This document shows positions 57,676 to 64,000 of a stretch of DNA of 64,000 nucleotides, piece by piece. The stretch covers positions 32,001 to 96,000 of IMG/VR virus record IMGVR_UViG_3300042988_001121, one strand, 5' to 3'. The position numbers and the translations under genes are program-made. Origin of the DNA: a virus. Within the stretch, counting starts at the first letter, position 1. Every line of letters starts with the position of its first letter. The notes beneath the pieces were generated by a model. It was given only the letters and a program-made list of their open reading frames with translations. It did no database searches and was not told where the DNA came from.

Positions 57676-58651
57676 TATAAAAATCCTCAATAAGTTCTTC
57701 TAGTTCCTCTTGTGGCATGAGAATTATAACAGCCGGATCGAACCTAGAATCCCTTTTTATCATGCTCATAAAGATTCCTAATTCCTTGCCATCAAGACCA
57801 GTAATGATTCGGACTAGCTCTCCGTTCAGTTTGATTCGATATTCTTGTTTGAATAACATTTCCTTGATGACAGTCTCATATCGATCTTTAAGCCCCGGAA
57901 ACTTATCAAAGACAGCATTGAGTCGAGTCATATCTTTTTTCTTGGGAACACCAATCGCCTCGGGATGGTCGTCCAAGTATTTCAAGAACGCAATGTACTG
58001 TGGTCGTTTCTTGTCACGAGTTCTTGCGACTGCATTAAGATTCTCGAATGAATAAGATTCGCGACGGAATACAGGGCTGGTGGTGACATAGTGATACATG
58101 TCTTCTAATGTATCAAACCCTTTATTGAAGGTATCGGTATCAAGCCCCACCAATTCAAGAAACTCGTCATGATCCAATGTTACCAATAGTTCGGTATAAA
58201 GGTGATCCTTATCGCGAACCGGTAGAAGAAGTCCAGTATGACCGTGTTTCAGCCCATAATGCTTCGCCAGATTTCCTAGTAGGTTTCCGAGGTCGCCATT
58301 ATTGAAATACGCCTTAGCATAGTCGAAAGACGAAGAAGGAACAGTAATAAAATCTATTTGCAACTCACGATAATCGAAACTTGCAACGCTTCCGTTAATG
58401 AAAATGTCTTTAGGAGCGAATCCGATACCGTTGAGAACATTCTCGTTAATCGGGAAACTTACCAAAACATCCATGTCGCCGAAGGATTCTTTTTCGCCGA
58501 CATTCTCAAGGACATGGTAACGTAGATTGAATGAAGGATGAAATTTTGAAATGTAAGAATCAAGAAGTTTACTTACTTCCGAGACACGCTCAAGATAATC
58601 GTCTTTACTCATTCTACGGGTCGTAGTATTCTTTAATGCATTGCCGCCCAT
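57659..58651 (-). CDS. Pol-beta superfamily nucleotidyltransferase
   Basis: MGGNAL, K.SFGDMDVL and QIDF motifs. Confidence 0.75.
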   Translation of the reverse strand: MGGNALKNTTTRRMSKDDYLERVSEVSKLLDSYISKFHPSFNLRYHVLENVGEKESFGDMDVLVSFPINENVLNGIGFAPKDIFINGSVASFDYRELQIDFITVPSSSFDYAKAYFNNGDLGNLLGNLAKHYGLKHGHTGLLLPVRDKDHLYTELLVTLDHDEFLELVGLDTDTFNKGFDTLEDMYHYVTTSPVFRRESYSFENLNAVARTRDKKRPQYIAFLKYLDDHPEAIGVPKKKDMTRLNAVFDKFPGLKDRYETVIKEMLFKQEYRIKLNGELVRIITGLDGKELGIFMSMIKRDSRFDPAVIILMPQEELEELIEDFYNEKLF

Positions 58652-58660
58652 GATTACCCC

Positions 58661-58945
58661 TTACTGAACTTGTGCGTCAATGAAACGGATCAGGTCTTCA
58701 GCAAAGACGCCCTCAGAAGAAGCATCTTTTTTGATGACACCCGCACGAATGCGAATGAACTCAATGTCATAGAGGTCAGTTGCTTCGTTATAACGAATCA
58801 CAACATTGCCTTTCCACTTTGCCATTCCGCTTGAACGAAACTGCAACCCATTTCCAATATTAACCAAGTCCTTTGCTCCCCAAGCAAACAGAGCCATTGG
58901 GTCAAGAGTTTTGATCTGTGTCAGGATTGTTTTTGCGATTGTCAT
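58661..58945 (-). CDS. Hypothetical early protein
   Basis: MTIAKTILTQI...DLYDIEF; first gene after the promoter cassette. Confidence 0.65.
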   Translation of the reverse strand: MTIAKTILTQIKTLDPMALFAWGAKDLVNIGNGLQFRSSGMAKWKGNVVIRYNEATDLYDIEFIRIRAGVIKKDASSEGVFAEDLIRFIDAQVQ

Positions 58946-58970
58946 TTTGGACTTTCTGTGTTTCGTTGTT

Positions 58971-59011
58971 GATGTAGTTATTGTATCACATAAAACTTTT
59001 ATGTGTAGATT
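58971..59011 (-). promoter_or_regulatory. Repeated early promoter cassette, minus-strand copy
   Basis: rc: AATCTACACATAAAAGTTTTATGTGATACAATAACTACATC. Confidence 0.88.
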
Positions 59012-59351
59012 ATTGAATCGATCCTTTTCTGAATGTTGGAGTTTCTTTACCAACACACGAACCACGAACGCCGCTACCATTGACCAGCATTTCAACTAAA
59101 CATTCTTCTTCATCTGACACAAATCTCCAGACAGACCATCCAATCTGTCTGACTCCATCTGGTTTCAATGAAGCAACTACCAGATGGTAATCTTTGACTC
59201 CAATGCTTTTCATTGCATCAGCAGCTTGTCCAGAGTGAATGCTCAGAAAAATCTCGTTCCTGACTTTTGGTCGGTTGGTCAGAGTTTTAACCACCTTATC
59301 GTAGAGCGACATTGAATGTGTTCCCATTGAAGTTGACATAGTGGGTTTCAT
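59010..59351 (-). CDS. Hypothetical protein
   Basis: ATGA-coupled to the ADP-ribosylglycohydrolase gene. Confidence 0.55.
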   Translation of the reverse strand: MKPTMSTSMGTHSMSLYDKVVKTLTNRPKVRNEIFLSIHSGQAADAMKSIGVKDYHLVVASLKPDGVRQIGWSVWRFVSDEEECLVEMLVNGSGVRGSCVGKETPTFRKGSIQ

Positions 59352-60142
59352 TTGATGAATTCCTTGCATTTACTCAGTGCAGCCTGACAGTTTAATCTTG
59401 TAATGTACTCAGGTGGATTATAACATAATCCGTATATCATTCCTGCAACTGCGGCAACTGAATCTGAATCACCGGAATGATGGATAGACAATTCTAGGAG
59501 TCTATCAAAATCAGCGCCAGCGTTGATAAAAGAATAGATTGCCATGTCAACACATTCTGTTGCTACCCACCCTTGCCCGAGTTCACTGATATTCAATGCT
59601 GACTCGATCCGATAAGGAAGTTTATTATAGTAGAGATAATCCACCAACGTATCGATTGCAACTCGATTATTTTGGTGATGGTGCGTAATCTCGGCTGATT
59701 CGTACATGGATTTTCTGACAATCTCGGGATCATCAGAAACTGTAAGAAAAGGAAGCAACCGCATCACAGAACCGCAACCGTAACTATTATTGCGGTTGAC
59801 CATTCCGTTATGCAGTCTATAGAGAGAACTCAGACAAGTGTTTCCCGGCGCAGCAACTCTTGCCATCGCTGGATCAGAAGAAAACACGGAATCGGATTCT
59901 ATTCCTACCTGACCTTTCCACCAATTGATGTATGCATGTTTTACATCGCCGTTATGCAAGCCCTCGAATCCAAAAACTGTCATCTGAGTATCGTCTGTCT
60001 CTGATAGAACAGAATATTTTGCGTAATCAAGAATTTGCTTCTTAGTGAAGTCTTCTTTGTCCTTGAATTCAAATGGCTCCCCTACTGCATCAGCAACAGC
60101 AAGACACAGCAGGGAATCGTGAATTTTACTTGGTGAGAACAT
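59348..60142 (-). CDS. ADP-ribosylglycohydrolase (ARH/DraG family)
   Basis: AVADAVG..FE, TDDTQMT, N.YGCGSVMR, ITH and GDSDSVAAVAG motifs. Confidence 0.92.
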   Translation of the reverse strand: MFSPSKIHDSLLCLAVADAVGEPFEFKDKEDFTKKQILDYAKYSVLSETDDTQMTVFGFEGLHNGDVKHAYINWWKGQVGIESDSVFSSDPAMARVAAPGNTCLSSLYRLHNGMVNRNNSYGCGSVMRLLPFLTVSDDPEIVRKSMYESAEITHHHQNNRVAIDTLVDYLYYNKLPYRIESALNISELGQGWVATECVDMAIYSFINAGADFDRLLELSIHHSGDSDSVAAVAGMIYGLCYNPPEYITRLNCQAALSKCKEFIK

Positions 60143-60473
60143 AATTTTTGTCGTAGGAACCGATTACGATTCGATTGTACCACGAAACATCAAAATAATC
60201 TGTCATCACATCAGAATTATCGTGATAACCTTCTTTCATGATAGACAGTGCTGCATTCAGATAATCCTTAGCAGCACCGCTGAAGTTTTTGTCGATCCAA
60301 TAATGGTTTACATCGCAATAGTCGTGACCGAAGTCAATTGAGCCTTGCGTGATTCTCAGTGTCAACTCAGAACTGTTTGAGCCTGAGAAACGTGCCTTGA
60401 CTCCAAATTTTTTATTCAACTCTTTCAGAGCAACAGATTTAGTAGCAACTTCGGTTTTAGTGATGTAAGCCAT
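60126..60473 (-). CDS. Conserved hypothetical early protein
   Basis: DVNHYWID...Y.D.SD.MTDYF..SWY motif; GGAG SD after the promoter. Confidence 0.7.
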   Translation of the reverse strand: MAYITKTEVATKSVALKELNKKFGVKARFSGSNSSELTLRITQGSIDFGHDYCDVNHYWIDKNFSGAAKDYLNAALSIMKEGYHDNSDVMTDYFDVSWYNRIVIGSYDKNYVLTK

Positions 60474-60497
60474 TTTGAACTCCATTTACGTTTCGTT

Positions 60498-60538
60498 GAT
60501 GGAGTTATTGTATCACAACTAAATTTTATGTGTAGATT
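60498..60538 (-). promoter_or_regulatory. Repeated early promoter cassette, minus-strand copy
   Basis: rc: AATCTACACATAAAATTTAGTTGTGATACAATAACTCCATC, identical to copy 4. Confidence 0.9.
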
Positions 60539-60707
60539 ATTTTGATGATTTAATTTGATTATTCGGATGCAACAGCCATTTTTCGCCTAACTTCTGTTTT
60601 GCTTCCTCAAGCCGAATCTCATTACGCTGGCGCAGAGCAATCAAATCTGCCTCTGATACAAATACGGATGGTTTCTTGACTTCAAAGAATTTTTTAAAGA
60701 TGTTCAT
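60537..60707 (-). CDS. Small hypothetical protein (56 aa, not in the ORF track)
   Basis: MNIFKKFFEVKKPSVFVSEADLIALRQRNEIRLEEAKQKLGEKWLLHPNNQIKSSK. Confidence 0.5.
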   Translation of the reverse strand: MNIFKKFFEVKKPSVFVSEADLIALRQRNEIRLEEAKQKLGEKWLLHPNNQIKSSK

Positions 60708-60713
60708 GATCAA

Positions 60714-60810
60714 TTTAAACGAGTTTTGAGAGGTTTAAAGGGGTTGTGGCTATGTTGGTATCAACTTTGGTTTAAAACGGCTGTAATCGTGTTTAAATGC
60801 GTTCTAGAGG
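60714..60810 (-). repeat. Dispersed conserved cis-element (other copies at ~32614-32706 and ~22787-22882)
   Basis: Shares AACGCATTTAAAC-N9-GCCGTTTT-N6-AAGTTGATACCAACA with 32617-32667, and the 17-mer CTAGAACGCATTTAAAC with 22788-22804. Confidence 0.8.
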
Positions 60811-60816
60811 GGTTCC

Positions 60817-61377
60817 TTATTTTGCTGCTACGTAAAAGATGTGTTGACCGACCTTTTCGACCTTCTTATTGGGGTCTACCCATTTGGGAGTCTTGATGTA
60901 GTCGGTGTGATAGAACTTTGCATCCTTCAATTCAGGGATTCTTCCGCCTTGTTTGAATTCAGCAACAGCCTTCTTGCTTTCTACCCATAACTTTCCTTTT
61001 GGTGTCACGGTTTTCTTTTTCTTTTCGAGTGTCCAGCTAAATTGAGACTTAGCAAAAACAACTTTACAAATGTCGGACCCCCATCGACCTGTCTTCAATC
61101 TGTTGTAAGTTACCTGAGCAACAGCAATCTTACCTTCAAATGGTTCTACTCCTGCTTCGTGCATTACATTTTTTGTAAGACACTCTGTTTCCTTATTTGA
61201 CAGGTTCACGACTTCAGAAGTCTTGATAACCTGTATCTCTTTTCTTAGACTCGCTACCTCTGACTTGATTTCACGAATCTCTGTTCCGATTGATGATACC
61301 GTTTGCTGAGTTGTATAAGAAGAATACAGAACAGCAGAGGTGATGATGATGGATAACCCGGTTACAATTTTAGGCAT
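60817..61377 (-). CDS. Cell wall hydrolase SleB-like (Hydrolase_2), membrane-anchored
   Basis: CLTKNVMHEAGVE..EGKIAVAQV..NR, QFSW, FYH, P.W and HIFY motifs. Confidence 0.9.
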   Translation of the reverse strand: MPKIVTGLSIIITSAVLYSSYTTQQTVSSIGTEIREIKSEVASLRKEIQVIKTSEVVNLSNKETECLTKNVMHEAGVEPFEGKIAVAQVTYNRLKTGRWGSDICKVVFAKSQFSWTLEKKKKTVTPKGKLWVESKKAVAEFKQGGRIPELKDAKFYHTDYIKTPKWVDPNKKVEKVGQHIFYVAAK

Positions 61378-61395
61378 TTCGTTTTCTCCTGCCTC

Positions 61396-61426
61396 TATTG
61401 TACCGGGTTTCTTTTTATGTGTAGTT
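61396..61426 (-). promoter_or_regulatory. Variant early promoter cassette
   Basis: rc: AAACTACACATAAAAAGAAACCCGGTACAATA. Confidence 0.6.
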
Positions 61427-62334
61427 TATTTCTTACTGGTCAGATCGTAATAAGACCACTTGCCTGTATCACCGACCTTGACAGCTTGCCACTTAGGATG
61501 CTTACCAGTTGTCTCGGACAAAACATCTACGTTCTTATTGATACATGCACGAAGGTTTGTCAGCCCTTTTACAAAAGTATCGGTCTTATATTGACGAGTT
61601 ACGAACAGTGCATTGGTCGCAACAGTGGAAACCCCGGTCGAACTCATCTTCGAGTAATTCAGTTTAGCGGGTACATACACGTTCTTCAGTTTCGCAACAG
61701 TTGCCTCAGGAATCTCTAACAGCTTATATGTATTTGTCAGGGGCGCAAGAATAGGCAATGGGCTACCACCAACCAATACCGCTGCATGAGCCTGACCTGT
61801 TGTGATCATCTTAATTGCGTCATCGTTAGTCTTTGCTTCAACGATATTAAAGTTAATCTCGGTTTGAAGACGAATGACCTGTGCTGTGATGTAGCTGCCA
61901 CCACTTGCAACAACTGTTCGACCAACTAGATCATTGATGGAGTTGAATTGTACTTGTTTAGCACCGAACCCCATTGTTCCACCTTCTTTGATGTTAGGTG
62001 TCGTGAGTGTAACGAAGTGTACTTCTTCTGGATGCAAAGTCACCAGAGTTTTAACATTAGATAAATCTTCGGTTCGACTCCGATAGAAAAGAACATCAGT
62101 CTGAACAAATGCACCGTTAACAGTGTTACCCGTGAGCATATCAATATTATCCATTGAGCCGTTGCTATTCTGCTCGGACAGCATAATGGTGTCTTTACAA
62201 GTCTCCTGAAGTTCTTTGAACATCTTGCTATAGGTTCCGCTACTACTTCCTGTTGCGACCTTAAGATTTTGACTGAATGTCACTGATGTGAACATCATCA
62301 GAGCGAAGACGAAAATTGTTTTGAGTTTAGTCAT
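61426..62334 (-). CDS. TAXI-family (TRAP) periplasmic solute-binding protein
   Basis: Signal peptide; VATGSSSGTY, S.GS.DN..L, AFVQTD, LHPEEVH and GGS motifs. Confidence 0.8.
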   Translation of the reverse strand: MTKLKTIFVFALMMFTSVTFSQNLKVATGSSSGTYSKMFKELQETCKDTIMLSEQNSNGSMDNIDMLTGNTVNGAFVQTDVLFYRSRTEDLSNVKTLVTLHPEEVHFVTLTTPNIKEGGTMGFGAKQVQFNSINDLVGRTVVASGGSYITAQVIRLQTEINFNIVEAKTNDDAIKMITTGQAHAAVLVGGSPLPILAPLTNTYKLLEIPEATVAKLKNVYVPAKLNYSKMSSTGVSTVATNALFVTRQYKTDTFVKGLTNLRACINKNVDVLSETTGKHPKWQAVKVGDTGKWSYYDLTSKK

Positions 62335-62342
62335 GATTTTCC

Positions 62343-62483
62343 TTAGTTAATAGAAAGACTTTTCAGGGCATTATTGCCGGTTGGCGCTGTTGGTGTTGGA
62401 GTCTGATCATTTGGTTGCGTGATAACCAGAAGAACAAAGACCACCAGAAGAACAAGAAGGGTTCCGATTAGTCGGGCAAACAT
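62343..62483 (-). CDS. Single-TM small membrane peptide (46 aa, not in the ORF track)
   Basis: MFARLIGTLLVLLVVFVLLVITQPNDQTPTPTAPTGNNALKSLSIN; TAATG overlap with the upstream gene. Confidence 0.6.
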   Translation of the reverse strand: MFARLIGTLLVLLVVFVLLVITQPNDQTPTPTAPTGNNALKSLSIN

Positions 62484-63220
62484 TATGCAGTCACCTTTAC
62501 TTTCGAGTTAATAGTAGTTGCAGGAATAATAGTGTAACCGGGATTGTTTTCAATAGCAAGGGTTGAGGCAGGTTCCAATGATGCAGCAACCTCAATCTCA
62601 GCAAATGCAGTGCTCATGCTATTGATAACCGAATCAAGCGCAGTGTCTGCTTTCAGCTTCTCATAAAGATCGCCTGTATCCATCTTCGCTGCCTTATTTG
62701 CTTCCTGTGCGGCTTGGCTCATTTCCCAGTATGCTCGCGCCTCTACTAGCTTATCTTCCCCGGCTTCAATTGCACGTCTTGCTTGTTCTAGCGCTGCCTT
62801 TTTCTGCTCAACCAACTTAGTCATTGCTGCTAGTTGATTCTCGAACTCAGCGGCACGGGCAGGGTATTTTGTCGAGAACTCTCGACACTTGACCGCAAAA
62901 TTATTCCTTGCCGCAACAGCTTCAGTAACATTTGTGACAAAGGTATCGTAGGCGTTGCGTTTCTCGATCAAAAGATTCTGTAGAGTCTCAATCGGATTCT
63001 TTGCTGCCTCGGCAGTAATTGCTCCGACTTTCCAGTTTGCTAGTTTCATTGAAACCACCGGCGCAGCGTTCACGACAACCAATCCAATTGATGCCGCAAT
63101 AACTGCGCCAACGATTCCTTGAACTACCATGAAAATGATAGGGCTAATGATCAATGCCCCAAGAGCGATTAGCCCTACTTTAAAAATCTTATTCCACTTT
63201 TCAAATTTTTGATTCATCAT
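62483..63220 (-). CDS. Membrane-anchored PspA/IM30-like coiled-coil protein
   Basis: Two N-terminal TM helices followed by NPIETL and a long Ala/Glu-rich coiled coil. Confidence 0.6.
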   Translation of the reverse strand: MMNQKFEKWNKIFKVGLIALGALIISPIIFMVVQGIVGAVIAASIGLVVVNAAPVVSMKLANWKVGAITAEAAKNPIETLQNLLIEKRNAYDTFVTNVTEAVAARNNFAVKCREFSTKYPARAAEFENQLAAMTKLVEQKKAALEQARRAIEAGEDKLVEARAYWEMSQAAQEANKAAKMDTGDLYEKLKADTALDSVINSMSTAFAEIEVAASLEPASTLAIENNPGYTIIPATTINSKVKVTA

Positions 63221-63642
63221 TTCACCTCATTGTAAGTTAAACCTAAAACATCCATCAACATTGTTTTGACCATCAAATTCGGAATTCGGTTTCTTTTTCC
63301 GGCTACTTCGAATCCCATCATTGTAGCAACCTCAACGATAGCTCCACTTCGACAAATTCCTGCATGGCAGTGAACAATGACGTTCATTTCTTCTGTCAGA
63401 GCAAATTCTAACAGAGATTTGATCATTTTTGCTTGCAAGTATGTGAATTTGGATTCCTCGGGAAACCCGCTATCCTTTTCACAGTCCAAAAATTCAAATT
63501 GATGAACTGATGAAAAGTTATAAGCAGGCACAGGGAACCCATACGCAGGATCAGCGATCTGAATTAACATTGACCGAGGACCGGGGTCAGTGTGATGCCC
63601 GTGTATCACATCGATCCTCGGGCAATTTTCAATAAAACTCAT
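63217..63642 (-). CDS. PTP/dual-specificity phosphatase-like protein
   Basis: VHCHAGICRSGA (CX5R) and F.D loop. Confidence 0.85.
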   Translation of the reverse strand: MSFIENCPRIDVIHGHHTDPGPRSMLIQIADPAYGFPVPAYNFSSVHQFEFLDCEKDSGFPEESKFTYLQAKMIKSLLEFALTEEMNVIVHCHAGICRSGAIVEVATMMGFEVAGKRNRIPNLMVKTMLMDVLGLTYNEVK

Positions 63643-63992
63643 AGTGTCACCTCTGCGTAACCCGGTGCTTCACGGTATCCGATTTTCTCGAAAACGAAAA
63701 CCTCGAACCAATCCTTTACTTCTTGAGGAAGTGATGCGTAACTTACATCTTCTGGATTTTCATAATCCGTGTCAGATGAAGCAAACTTTACCCAACAATC
63801 TTCGTGTCCCTGAAGACGAAGATCATCCACATCATCAGCATCGAGCAACCATTCTGGCATCTTCACTGTGCAATCAAATGTATATTCAAACCCATTGAAT
63901 TCAATAACACCCCAAAATGTATTGGATACCATTGTTTCTTCTACATCATCGAAGCAGAGGGAGAATTTTGAAGCCATTTTTAACTTTCGCAT
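63639..63992 (-). CDS. Hypothetical acidic protein
   Basis: Coupled ORF at the window edge. Confidence 0.55.
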   Translation of the reverse strand: MRKLKMASKFSLCFDDVEETMVSNTFWGVIEFNGFEYTFDCTVKMPEWLLDADDVDDLRLQGHEDCWVKFASSDTDYENPEDVSYASLPQEVKDWFEVFVFEKIGYREAPGYAEVTL

Positions 63993-64000
63993 TTCGTTGT

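Noticed and set aside
1-64000. Alternative genetic code (stop-codon reassignment)
   Set aside because: Core genes are full length in code 11, and no suppressor tRNA is present.

Overview
A 64-kb segment of a large T4-like (Tevenvirinae/Kyanoviridae-type gene order) lytic myophage genome, read in the standard genetic code. From left to right it contains: the head module (gp21 protease carrying the C-terminal end of an intein, gp22 scaffold, gp23 major capsid); an antisense Hef/Vsr-like homing endonuclease; gp3; an ~850-bp ORF-free, hairpin-rich region with degenerate tandem repeats; uvsY, uvsW and the gp61 primase; nrdA (with a Gln-terminated LAGLIDADG intein), a frameshifted MobE-like HNH gene and nrdB; an early-gene block punctuated by a repeated promoter cassette (RNA ligase, P-loop kinase, SLOG protein); gp32 with a leader pseudoknot; thyX, phoH, an A1-like phosphoesterase, ClpP-like and DinG-like genes; tRNA-Arg and a CAU tRNA flanking gp45; gp44/62, regA, hsp20, dsbA, gp43, uvsX and gp41; an ~11-kb accessory structural/fibre module; putative late/virion-packaged proteins (kinase-like, NucA nuclease, HEAT-repeat protein); an HNH-NUMOD3 endonuclease and gp17; and an oppositely oriented early cluster (esterase, nucleotidyltransferase, ADP-ribosylglycohydrolase, SleB hydrolase, and a TAXI solute-binding protein/small TM peptide/PspA-like/PTP-like operon). 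The most promising leads are the structured non-coding region at 5.2-6.1 kb, the gp21 intein, the TAXI-PspA-like membrane operon, the candidate capsid-packaged kinase, and a dispersed conserved cis-element. All family calls come from motif recognition by eye; no database searches were run.
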